NCBI GenBank assembly: GCA_002189035.1
Contig: NEEC01000002.1
Span: forward strand, 2,418,001 to 2,482,000
Length of the DNA: 64,000 nucleotides
Reading direction: 5' to 3'
DNA from: Utricularia gibba
Lineage: Eukaryota; Plantae; Magnoliophyta
Shown here: piece after piece, positions 13,038 to 24,661 of the stretch
Layout: the number at the start of each line of letters is the position of its first letter
Position numbering within the stretch: the stretch's first letter is position 1
Translations under genes and position numbers: made by a program
Notes under the pieces: model-generated
What the model was told of the DNA's origin: nothing
The model's input: only the letters and a program-made list of their open reading frames with translations
Databases searched by the model: none

Positions 13038-14006
13038 ATGGCAGATAACCAAGGGGAAGATGGCACTCCAAAAGGAAATGAATGGGAAGTTGTAGCTCTT
13101 ACTGAATCTACGTATGCTGCTGCTCCTGGTCCCATTCAGGATATTGCAGATACCGCTGTTGGTGGATTCATTGGACATGATGAGTCAGAAACTTCTGCTG
13201 CTCTGTTCTTGTCTGGTCATTTTGGGGTTGCTGCAGGTACTCATGAGAACTTGCCTCTAAACCTGGAAGAAAAGTTGAAGCCTGGTGAACCAGGGTCTGA
13301 GCCTAAAACTCATGAACAAGAGACTGGTGGAAAACTTGGCCAAAAGGATGAAGAGAATTTACATATTACGGGACTTCTTTCTGATGAGTTCCATGATTCT
13401 CCTAAATTAAATGAGAAAAGCAACCTTGTGTCATTCTATAGTTCTGGCTTTGGAGATGTTACATCCCCAAAATTGATGGAGAAGGAGCATAACGTGTATG
13501 ATGAAACTGCTGCAAGCATTTCAAGTGTGCTCACTGAAGGCTCAGGGGTTTCTGATCTGCATGAATCTCCAAAGCAGCCTCTGAATCCAGCTACATTGAG
13601 TTCACAGAAGCCTGTGGAAAGTGATATGATCGATGAGCTGCCACCCGATCTTCCTTCTGAGTCATGGTGGGGAAAGCACGCCCTTTCCTTTTATGAACTA
13701 GTGAAAACTGCAGATCCATTCTGGTCTGTTGTTGCAGCTGCAACCGTTGTTGGCCTTATAATCATTGGACACAGGTGGCGTCAAGATAAGCCTGAAATTC
13801 TTCATCTGAGTTCTCGCTTTCTTACAAATGATGAGGTACGATTAACAATCATCCTATTAGCTGCATCGTCCTATGGGGATCACCAACCTTTTTTTTCCCT
13901 CCAGGGGCCTAGCTGGGTGGTTTCTCCCATGGCTCAATTCAAAGAGTTCAATTGGGATGGCAAACACGGCCCGCATATCAAGCTTGCTTCGTTTGTGCAG
14001 CATTAG
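13038..14006 (+). CDS. ATI1: ATG8-interacting protein ATI1/ATI2-like (probably 2 coding exons, intron 13836-13904)
   Basis: N-terminal GNEWEVVALTESTYAAAPGP (AIM-like WEVV), SETSAALFLSGHF, LPSESWW, and a TM segment FWSVVAAATVVGLIIIG. GT..AG 69-nt intron followed by GPSWVVSPMAQFKE. Confidence 0.85.
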   Translation: MADNQGEDGTPKGNEWEVVALTESTYAAAPGPIQDIADTAVGGFIGHDESETSAALFLSGHFGVAAGTHENLPLNLEEKLKPGEPGSEPKTHEQETGGKLGQKDEENLHITGLLSDEFHDSPKLNEKSNLVSFYSSGFGDVTSPKLMEKEHNVYDETAASISSVLTEGSGVSDLHESPKQPLNPATLSSQKPVESDMIDELPPDLPSESWWGKHALSFYELVKTADPFWSVVAAATVVGLIIIGHRWRQDKPEILHLSSRFLTNDEVRLTIILLAASSYGDHQPFFSLQGPSWVVSPMAQFKEFNWDGKHGPHIKLASFVQH

Positions 14007-14742
14007 ATGGCAACACGAGGTGAACAGGGTAGTAGTCCAGCTTCAATTGTGAGAAATGCAATCAAATTCAGTTTCTGTACAAATGGTAATGCCTCATCGA
14101 TAACCTGATCAACCTGCAATGTGAATCCTGAGCAACAGTTAGCTCCCTTCTTACTTCTAAATGCATCTTGAACTTGTCCCTTGGCCCTAAGTTGCTCTGC
14201 CTGGTGGTCGTGGTCACTTATTTTCCCTACTATCCTTGTGTATGCATTTGTATGAACCGGTCGCGTCGTGTGCAAGTATGGATTACAACCAATCCTATGT
14301 AGATGTATCCTTGTACAAATATGTCATTACAGTAAACCGATAGCAGTATGTCTAAGCTTGTAGAAATCTGCATCTATATCTATGGCCCCTTGATGCTCTC
14401 CTTTTATGTTTCTACTTTGAACACTTCACATTTCGCAATATTTCCAAGTGCACAATGCCTCTTTTCTAGAAGAAAGTAAACCTTCATGACCGTACAGCAG
14501 ACACATGGTTTCGCCATATTTCCAAGTGCTAGGAATGAGGATCTTCTCCGCCCATGCCGGAGGAGAGATCTGGTGCTAGTTAAAGGTGATCATCTAAGCG
14601 AAGATGGCGATGGAAACAAGTGGATTCAAGCCAGTATTTCAAAGATAGTTCATCACACTAGTAGGAATGGTGACAGTAGCCAGCACAAATACAAACAGTT
14701 GAGAGCACAAGCAAAAGGCGCAGAGTTGAGATCATTCATTCA

Positions 14743-15870
14743 TCACTGGCTGCTCTTGAACGGTATGGCTCTGATCACAACTTGGTGGTAGAGAGCAGCA
14801 ATGGCGGCTCCGATGAAGGGGCCGACCCAGAAAACCCACTGCAAAAAAAAGGGGGGCACCGCGACCACGTTATCCATAGCTGGATTTTACCGTAGGTGAA
14901 GATGGTGTAGGAAGAGCCAAACAGTGCTTACATGGTTGTGCCACCCTGCGGGTGAATTGTAGACAATGGCGGCGCCGAGGCTACGGGCAGGGTTGATTCC
15001 GGTGCCGGTGATCGGGATTGTGGCCAAGTGAACAAGGAAGACGGCGAATCCGATGGGGAGTGGAGCCAAAATCTGCAAATTTTGCACTCATTCAAGTTCT
15101 GGGTTTTCTGTAGAAAAACCGATCAAGATCAGGGGATATTGAAGAAGCTGAGTTCTTACGGGGACATGGGAGTCTCTGGCGCTCCTCTTCGCATCCGTTG
15201 CAGAGAAAACGGTGTAAACGAGGACGAAAGTTCCGATAATCTCCGCGCCGAGGCCTTGGCCAATGTTGAATGCAGGAGCGATCGCGTTAGCACCGCCGCC
15301 CTGGCGTTGGTACAGCACCGGCGCGAACCCTTTCACGACGCCGGCACCCGCGGCAGCGCCGAGGACCTGTGCTATTATGTAGAAAACCGCCCTCGTCAAA
15401 GACAGTTTCCGAGCCAGGAATAAGCCTAGCGTCACAGCAGGATTTATATGCCCTCCTACAAGAAACACCAACAGATTACAAGCTGGGTACACAATAACAG
15501 ATCAGGGCTTCTGAAAAAACAAGAGAAGGGAAGCAGAAAAGGCACCAGAAATTCCAGCGGTGCTGTAAACAAGGGCAAAGATGGCGCCACCGAAAGCCCA
15601 AGCGATTCCTTGAACCCCAACGGTGGCGCATTTGTTAGGATTTCTTTGAAACCCCATCACAGTCAAGATGGTGATGTAGAGAAACAAGAATGTAGCGATA
15701 AACTCTGCAATTCCAGCTCTCCAGAACGACCATGACTTGAGCTCTCCGGCCTCGAACAACGGCGCCGGCGGCGGCTCTGTGTAGTCCTTGGACTGCGCGG
15801 AGGTCCCTAGCGGCTGACGCTCGGAAAACTTGTTGGCCCCGAGCTTCACATCCTCCTCTCTACCCTCCAT
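14743..15870 (-). CDS. PIP1: Plasma-membrane aquaporin, PIP1 subfamily (4 exons)
   Basis: [23 protein letters not shown] start, two NPA boxes ([20 protein letters not shown]), and C-terminus [31 protein letters not shown]. Confidence 0.97.
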
Positions 15871-16141
15871 TTCCTTCTCAGAGTCCCTCTGAAACTCTTC
15901 TGGTTTTTCACTCAGCGCGCAACGTGCTCCTGTCTTCGGAGTGAGTGAATAAAAAGGAATCAGATTGGCATGTTTCTGACAAGCCTGCCCCTGCACTCCT
16001 TATAATTGCATATTGACCCCCACACGATTCTTTATTTACACGGAATTTCTAGAACTCGCAGTTGGTAACTACAACATAGAAGTCGCCTGTCTGATTGAGG
16101 CTACGGATAAGCTCTCACACCGAGGCGGGGCCCACTCGGTG

Positions 16142-16204
16142 ACGTGGCGCCACCGTCTTCCAGCACACACGTCACATGATATGGGGCCCGCGACTTCACG
16201 TGGC
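16142..16204. promoter_or_regulatory. Cluster of ACGT-core ABRE/G-box elements in the PIP1 promoter
   Basis: ACGTGGC (16142), ACACGTC (~16167) and CACGTGGC (16197) within ~65 bp, about 140-200 bp upstream of a minus-strand TATAA at ~16001-16005. Function is inferred from motif consensus only. Confidence 0.5.
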
Positions 16205-16364
16205 CTACTCTCCTTCGTTGGAGCCAATATTCTTACTTCTATTTTACCAAAAATAATATACCAAATAAATTTGATTTGATATCTTTCCAAATTCACCACT
16301 TATCAAAAAAACTCCAAAATAAAATTCTTAAACATATTCTAATTCGAGACATCTCGTAAAAATT

Positions 16365-16390
16365 CCTAAACCCTAAACACTAAACACTAA
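16365..16390 (+). repeat. Short degenerate telomere-like (CCCTAAA) / telo-box tract
   Basis: CCTAAAC CCTAAAC ACTAAAC ACTAA. Confidence 0.5.
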
Positions 16391-18036
16391 CGGATTCGCT
16401 CGTTTTTAGTGAGTGATGGGAGAAATATGATCATCAATTAGAGTATGAACCTTTAGTTAGTATGATCATCACCAAACCTCCATTATTAAAAATGTATACA
16501 AAAAAATGAAAATAGAATGGGGGTGGCAAGAGGGGGACCCACACTTGTGCACAAATTGCCGCCCTTTGTGTGTCCAACACTCGTTTTGGATCTTCGTGTC
16601 ATTACATGGATGGAGGGGGCCCCCCACTCACGGTGTTTTATTTACACATGTTTCATCATTGGTCATCGTGTGGTGTTTTCAAAATTATTGTCTAATTTTT
16701 TATAATATCTAATGTTCTTGAATGTGTTACTTGACAATAGCCATGTCCAACAATGCTTATTTTCTTCCTCAAGAAAGAAAAATGTCGTTATTAGGATTAA
16801 GTAATACGATCGAAAGATTATATCAGTCGGTAATAATATGATAAATTGTATTCAAATACTTTGTATTACGAGAGAATAATGAAGTAATGGATGTGTTACG
16901 GGGTTGTTCATTTTTTACTTGATTTTTCAAAACATAATGATGGTCCAAGAAAACATGAAAGGATGAACCAGAATAATAGTTCCGAAAAATAAGAAAATTG
17001 AAGAAAGTTCAAATGAAGATATAAGAATTTTGATAATTTAAAATGTAGTTTGCATTATTTATTTGCAATTTATAACTTAAATTAAAATTATTTATGACAA
17101 ACTAATTCGACCTTTTTTTATTTTTTATTTTTTACTTTTTACTTTTTCTCTTTTTTTAAATTATTTCTCCATTTATTTCATTTTATCTATAAATTAACTT
17201 AAAATTTGTTTATTTAATAAATAATAAATTGGTTACTTATCAACATAAGTTGGCTATTTATCCCAAAATTTTCATTTAATGACTCTGGCCTCTTTTTTGT
17301 CAAGTACTCTTCATTTCATTTAATTTCAGAACATAATATATTGTGTTTTTACATTTATGTTTTTACTTTTTGTAAGAACATAAATTTTCCATAATTTTTT
17401 TTAATGTTTTATCTTCCCATAATTTCTATGGATTTGTATTAGGTTCTGTTGAGGGATTTATATGAATTTTTATTGAAGTAGGATCCATTGTTATTTATAT
17501 TAAGAGATTTGTATTTTACTTCTACTTAATCATTTAGAAAACTTGAAGAGTTATTCTCTCAACCAAGAAGCCATACTACTTTCTCACTTATGTCCATTCT
17601 CTCCTTCTATATGCAATTCCACTTTAAAAAAAAACTATCAAATCTGCCTTATGGAATTAACATCCTATTCTTGTTGAGCCTTTCCTTATCAGGCATGCCA
17701 CAATAAGACTCCTCAAGTAGGCTTATGTTATATTATGAGAAACCTTGCAAGGCATGTTGCTCATAAGATATTAATCTTGTTCGAATATCGGAATTTTTTC
17801 TTCTTGATATTCTCGAATACAATTTAGAATTATTTAGAAAAATGATCACTATCATATTTTTCTCGTATTTAATAAAAAATTTGTAATTAAGTGTGATCAA
17901 TTTTATAACACACTATAAGTAGGATGTCTAGATTTATAATATATCCCCTAAACTTATTATCGTGGTAATAGATAATTTTCACTTTAATTTTAATAGTGAA
18001 AATCATGTTAATATTCGCACAACATGGCCATATCCG

Positions 18037-18126
18037 GGCCCATCGAGCCCAGGCCCTCTTCTACTCCTTAGCCCAATAAATGTGGGCCTATTAAAAGGCC
18101 CAGCCTCCCAACTTAACCAAGGGCCC
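18037..18126. promoter_or_regulatory. Cluster of site II (TGGGCY) motifs
   Basis: GGCCCA, AGCCCA, AGCCCA, TGGGCC and GGCCCA within ~70 bp of a GC-rich island in AT-rich DNA. Target gene is unclear; the ASK21-like 5' region is roughly 0.9 kb away. Confidence 0.45.
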
Positions 18127-18173
18127 TGTTGCTCCACGATTCACGTTTCAATTATAAATACGACACAATATAC

Positions 18174-18177
<4 letters not shown>

Positions 18178-18219
<42 letters not shown>
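18178..18219 (+). repeat. (ATT)14 microsatellite
   Basis: 14 perfect ATT units read directly from the sequence. Confidence 0.95.
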
Positions 18220-19532
18220 TTGGACATTTGACATAAAAGATTCCTACTATTTGTTAAATGTCAAGTTTAATTTTTCACTTTGTACTGAATATTTAGTTTT
18301 TATTGATATAATTTGTCTTTACCATTTGGTATATCAAATATATATGATTTTCAAAATATAACGTCAAAATTAATTTGTAATATTTTTATCTTAATATATT
18401 TATTACTTGAAAGTAAAGTATACTTGATGCTCGCTATTTTATTACATTAACTTCTATAATAATTTTATCTCTTAAATTCATAATATGTAATTTAAAATAT
18501 CAAATTCTATAATATAACTTATATTATTCAGCAAAACAATTTATAATTTCAAAACTAATTATATTTTACATAATATGAAACATAACTAGATATTCTCGAT
18601 ACATGTATGCAGGTGTACAATTGAAGACAATGAAGATCTTTTTTCTCATCATTGGAAATAATGGAAATTGGTTTTAGTGATTTTAAAATATCAAAAATTG
18701 ATTTTACATGATTTAAAACAATGAGGACGAATAATATTTTTTTTAAGAAAAAGCAAAAGGAATTATTTATATAGTTTAGTATTATTATTAATTAGTTTTT
18801 CCTTTGCAGTTATTAATGATAAACAACTAATAATAATTATGCGGACAATTGTGTTTTGAAATGGTGTTAGAAAATGCGTAAAGGGAAATTTATCAGGTGA
18901 GGCCGTTTTTCAAGATTTTGTCCATTCGCTCTGTGTGCTCTTCCCCTTTTCTGACTCGCTCGCGATTTTACGAAGCATTCGTCGAGCTTCACAAGGATAC
19001 CGCCATTTTCCCAACTTCAAAGCTCGCCCCAACGAGATCTAATCGTTGCCCTGAGTCTGCATTTACAGGTTCTCATTATCTTCCATGTCGTTTAACATGC
19101 ACTGCGCCTCTGTTGTTCCTCGTTTTAATCTGTTGTCTGTATGTGCGGGTTATGGGTTTCTTTAATTCAGTTCATGGGTTCGGTTTTGTGCTGTTGCGTT
19201 TTCGGTTAATGTTGGGGTGTTTATGGGTATTGGGTATGGAAAGTATAGGCAGCAATTGAGATTGTGTTGGGGATTCGCTATGGGTGGAGGGAGCCGATGA
19301 GATTTTTTTCTTTTTGAAATTTTGCGTATTGTTGCGTGCAAAATCTTTTTTTTCTTTGATGTGATTTTAAGTTTCTAACTTTTGATTTACTTGGTTCATT
19401 TTTTTTCTAAAATACAATCGCTTGGGATTCAGTAAAATGCATATGATCATTGCGCTTGCCTGTTCCACAGATACATACCTAGTGGTGACACTTCCTTCTG
19501 TTGGCGGGCGTCTCTTTAATATTTTCAGTCAA

Positions 19533-21691
19533 ATGACTGAAATTGATAGTGAAATCATTAAGCCCGAGGTATATTGAATGTTCGCCTTCTTTTGTATATC
19601 CCTTGTGGTACTTCTGTTTTATCCTTCCATAGTGTTCGTGTTATTCAGAGCAGCGTTTATTAGTTGGAAGCTTAAATAAATAATGTGTTGCTCGTAGTTA
19701 GTGTTCAATAGCATGGCTGCAACCTGTTGATTCTCATTGTTTCAACTCGCTGCTGAAACGTATGTTGGGTCGCTGCCTTTTTAGATGCTGAAGGCTTATG
19801 TGTGGCTACAAACATCTGATGATTTGATACAGCAAGTAGAGCAAGAGGTTGCCATGTATTGCCCATATATATGTCAAGAAATATACTCAGGAATGGGCTC
19901 TTCAAAGAACCATCCCATTTCTCTTCCTTCAAGGGTCAATCCTCCTATGCTGAGTCTGATTCTTGACTATTGCCGATTCCATCAAGTGCCGGGCATTCTA
20001 ACAAGGTTATTACTTACTGAGGCAGAATGAACCTGCCTTATTCAATATGAACTGACTTTTCTTTTTTCTTGAATGTACATTTTGCAGGAAAGGAAGTTAT
20101 TTGATGAGAAGTTTGTCCGAATGGATACCAAAAGACTTTGTGAGTTGACATCTGCAGCTGATAGCCTGCAGTTGAAGCCCCTGGTTGATCTCACTAGTCG
20201 AGCTCTTGCACGGGTGATTGAAGGCAAAAGTCCTCAAGAGATTCGCGAAATATTTCATCTTCCTGATGATCTCACAGAGGTGTTCAGTCATTGCAAGCAG
20301 TGTACATATTTAATAGCTTGCTTGTCCTAATTTCTCTGGTGATAAAAAATCCAAAATATTTTGTCATTTTCTTATCTTTATCCTGTTGTAGGAAGAAAAG
20401 CTGGAGCCTATCAGAAATACCATGGATGATCCTAGGATTCGGCTGTTAAACAGATTGTATGCAAGAAAGCGCAAAGAACTGAAAGAAAGAGAGCGACTGA
20501 AGGTGTTTGCAGTATTATTGCCTTTCATGCATTGAAATTAAAATAGATTCATTCCTACACTGGAAACATCCCATATTAAGGCTGAATTGGTAGTTTTCCA
20601 CTTTTCATTTTGAAGAATGTTGAGGTGGAAGAGGAGCATTCAGACGAGCGATCATTAGATGACCTTTTGTCATTCATCAATGGTGGTGACAGTGGTATGT
20701 GATATTAACTTTACCGTTGATCTATTCATATCCACTCCATTCGCATTATGATCCATGCTGCCGGTTTGGCATGATTTGAAAGTATACTAGTAAAATAAAT
20801 TAAAAATTGTTCTTGCTCCTTGTTAGATTTATTCAGATCTATGAATAATTGGTTTTTTTTTGGCGTATCTGTCTGAAAGACAATGGTAAAATAATAAAAG
20901 AATGGAACCTGGTCAAGGATATTTATTATTAGACTAGTCTAAGCCATATTTTTCAGATGATATTTACATAAAAAAAAAGAGAGAGAAAAACAGGCAACTT
21001 AGCTTTTTAGTGATCATGGCAAATACTTCTGCAGATTCCAAGGTTTCTCATACTTGTAAGGGTAAAAAGAAGAATCGTAAGAGGAAAGACCATCACAAGG
21101 GTTCTACTTCTAGTAGCATTGGCACTGGAAACAATGGTAATGCAACGAGAGTAGCAGATGATGTGAAAAAGGTAGCTCTCCATCTGTTAAAGATTTTAGT
21201 TTTGGAAACTACCTTAGTCCTTCCATCGCATGTTGGCAACAACTAATAGATTCAACTCTGGTTCATCTATGATTAGCTTGAGTTGAAAAGCCTAATATGC
21301 TGCAGGATTCAAATGCGTGTGAGTCTGTGCCTGGAGATGACATGGCACCGCCTGGTATGTTTGTTCATGGTGTTCAGACAAAAAAGTTTCTAGACAATGA
21401 TGATGATGATATATTAACAGCCGAACACGAGTTTGATGATTGTGATCTTGATGATGGTATTGACCCTGTACTGAAAGAAAAAATTGATCGGTGAGTATGC
21501 TGCATTTATCACTACCTTTATATTGGCATTTTTTAACTTATGTGAACATAATTTGATTCATCAGTGAAGTTGAGGACTTCGCGAGAAGACTGAATTCAGA
21601 TTGGCCAGAAAGAATGCAGGAGATCCTTTCTCGTGGTAAAGACCAAAGGGTTTTTCCATTCACAGTTAACGGGAATGGTTCCTTGAGATGA
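19533..21691 (+). CDS. ASK21: SKP1-like protein of the ASK20/ASK21 clade (8 coding exons; apparent 1-bp frameshift at 19991-19993)
   Basis: MTEIDSEIIKPE|MLKAYVWLQTSD..., ERKLFDEKFVRMDTKRLCELTSAADSLQLKPLVDLTSRALAR, DERSLDDLLSFING, and EVEDFARRLNSDWPERMQEIL. TGA at 21689-21691. Confidence 0.9.
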
Positions 21692-22947
21692 TCTACGAGT
21701 TAGTATATTCTCCAAAATATGTCTGTATTTTTTGTTTTTGACAATTTGACATACATTCCATGCCCTAACCATTCTCAAGCCAGATAGATGCCAGAAATGA
21801 TCTTCCTAACTGAAGAGATTGTCAGGATGACGATGTGTTTGATCGTTTTGATTCTGATTCTGAGAAGTTCCAACATCTTACTTAAAAAGCCATTCTTCAA
21901 GCATCGTCCCAGGTTCAGTTTTTACGTTTGAGTTATCCTGTCTCGGCGACATCAATCAAAGAATGTGAAAATCTGTGCAATCAATTTTTGGTTCCCGTTA
22001 TTTCATTGTTGGGAGGATTCTCTGTAGACTGTGTTAGTCATTTGCAGCCTTACTGTTGTTTCCCTATGAACCAGATATTGTTGGATGTTGTAGTGAAGTC
22101 AAGTGTATATATACATGCACAAGTTCGCCTCCAGTTGCCACTCCTTCGCATTCATTTGCCTCCAGGAGAGTGCTGCTCCCATGGGGGCATACTCACATCA
22201 TCTACTTTGCAACTGACAGACTAGCATAGCAGCAAAAACTACTATGCAGGTAAAAGAAACCTGGCTTTGGATTGCAGACTGAAGTGGGTCGTTCCCGGAT
22301 GGAGCCGCTGGTGATCTAGTGCCAGTCATCCACCCCTGAAACCCCTCTTACATTCTTGCACTTCTGTAACAGTTGGGGCATCCAACCAAGCCCCAGTCAT
22401 CCTATCCATAAACCACTTCAGTTGACCGGAAGGAACGCAACTTTGAGATAACCATCTGGTCTCGGTGCAGTGGTTTCCGGGTTCCATGCCAAACGCATCC
22501 CTAGTCAGAAAACTCCACTGAAGCTGTAGAATTTAGAGGGAGGGCGTGAAGAAAAAGAGAGCAGGGCTTTGACGATATTGAAGCAGGATCGAGGACGCAC
22601 CAAGAAACAAGGAATGGGCTGGGAGTGCCCCTACCCACACGACAATATGAAATAGAATATGATATCTGTATAATTCGCAATTCCTCACATTTGATGATTG
22701 ATCATGGACGGGGATGGGGGTTGGCATGTTTTCCTGCCGTCGCCACTTCGTAGTTGTGGCGTTTTCACAGATGTTTGCTACCGTGTGTAACCGTGAACCT
22801 CTCTCTGGTATCTCATGGTGGTCTCTTGGTATTTACGGGGGTGTAGCCGTCTGCTACCACAATGCCAATTTCCTTGATTCTTTGTTTGTGTTTGTCTCTC
22901 TCTTTCTGTCTGAAAAAGGCCAGCGTATTCACAATTTCCTTTCACGG

Positions 22948-24200
22948 ATGATGAAAAGTTCTTTCTCGAAGGTAAAACCAGTTCTGTCTTATTGGAAGAG
23001 GAATTCTAAATGGTAAGTTCATTTTTTATGGTTGGCAGAAACCGGTGACCCAATCGAATCAAGAACTGAACAAGAAAGACAATTTGTTCATGAGCTCCGA
23101 GGGTCAAGTACTTGTTCAACAGATGGAAATACCCAAGATGAAGGCACAATAGAAACTATAAGTAAGATCAGTAAGATCTCATTGCATGTTTCGTTTTCCT
23201 TTTGATGAAGTGAGAATCATTAGCGAGTGTAATGGGATTTCCTTAGTGTCAGCTTTACGGGAGTTGCCAGTAGCTATTGTTCAGTTCAGTTCAGTTATGG
23301 TCACTTCACCAATCATCTGCTATGCCCCTTTCGGGATTTTAGTGAAGAATATAGGATGCTTTCCTCATCAGATATTTCAATGGGGCAATCTTCTATTATC
23401 AGGGAATTGGAAGACTGACAATTCCATTGACAAGCTAGAGCAGCCTTGTCCTGTATCTGTTCTTGGGTCATTGTTTTTTCTGAGCCAGGTTAAGCAATGG
23501 ACAAAAATCAGTAGAAAATAGCATGCTTTGACTTTCTTTTTTAATCACTATTGAAAACTATATTTCTGTGTTTCAGCTAGGGAAATTGAACCCTGACACA
23601 TTTTTGAGGAGCAGTGCCTGGTCAATGACGACAGAATTTGTACAGGAATTTCAATGGAGGATGAGGAATCTCCATTTGACTACATTGAGGCAGTATTACT
23701 TGATTCAGGTTTGGCTTGGAATGAATTTCATGTCTGGTGGCTTTCTTCTCGTGAAATTCTTGACTTGTCTCTATTCGAAGAGGTTGAGCTGCTCTCTAGC
23801 AAGCCGCTGTGATCTAAAGCTCCTCTTTGATTGTGCTAACGAGGCTTTATTGAGTGTTTGCGACACTTGCTTTAGTTCTTTTAATTGCCAAGAAAAGATT
23901 GGATCTTTCCAAAGTTCCATGGATCCTATCGGTGAGATATGAGGACAGGCTGAATGTCTTTTTCACCAAGTGCAAGCAAATTCTATGGAACAATTTGTTC
24001 TATTAGACTTGGTCAGGAACGGAAAATGGATGAATTGCCAACTAGATATTGAGATTATTTGTTTTGAGATAGAGGAAACAATTTGGGATGAATTGGTGGA
24101 AGAAATCATTCTCATCGGTGGAACAGTCTCATGGCATCACGAACTGCAACCAGTTGTAGTTCAAGATGAACCCGTGGCAGCTGATGATACCACTATATAG
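22948..24200 (+). pseudogene. TRM/LONGIFOLIA-type DUF4378 pseudogene (5' boundary uncertain)
   Basis: DKLEQPCPVSVL at 23429-23464, FDYIEAVLLDSGL, KLLFDCANEAL and DIEIICFEIEETIWDELVEEII. Disabled by in-frame TGA at 23594-23596, a frameshift near 23804 and TGA at 23940-23942. Confidence 0.8.
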
Positions 24201-24661
24201 CCAAATGCCAAAATATGAAAGGTGCATCAGATAGTTCTTTTCCTCACCTGCTGTTGTTGGAGGTGGGAAAAACTTCTTTTTTTTTTCATCTAATGGCTGG
24301 CGTTTTCCACACTTCATCAAAAATCTCTGTGTTATTTGTCTGATGTGATACCATAGATTTTAATAAACTTCTGCGACAATCTAAACAGTTGCGCTGAGCT
24401 TGTGATCTTAACCATTCCGTTTGTACACTCACCCTCCTGCATGGAATGTCATACTAGGTGAATCCCAGTAAATTCTACATCTTTTGGTTGAGCTCTGGAG
24501 TAGCACAATTCTCTGTTATGATTTTTGTATACCGAAATGTAGTGGGCTATTCATTAACCTCTCATGATGTGTACCATTCACACTGAACACAAGCCCTTTG
24601 GGTGACGTGGTTCTTCTACTTGGCTTGCTACAGAAGTGGAAAAAAAACGTGATCTATTCAC

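Noticed and set aside
13836-13904. The 322-aa continuous ATI1-like ORF as a single-exon gene or special isoform
   Set aside because: The 69-nt segment has GT..AG ends and a pyrimidine tract; it is simply an in-frame, stop-free intron. Retention is possible but there is no evidence for it.
16740-17900. Possible degraded transposase fragment upstream of PIP1
   Set aside because: Only vague peptide resemblance, many stops in all frames, and no TIR or TSD that I could define.
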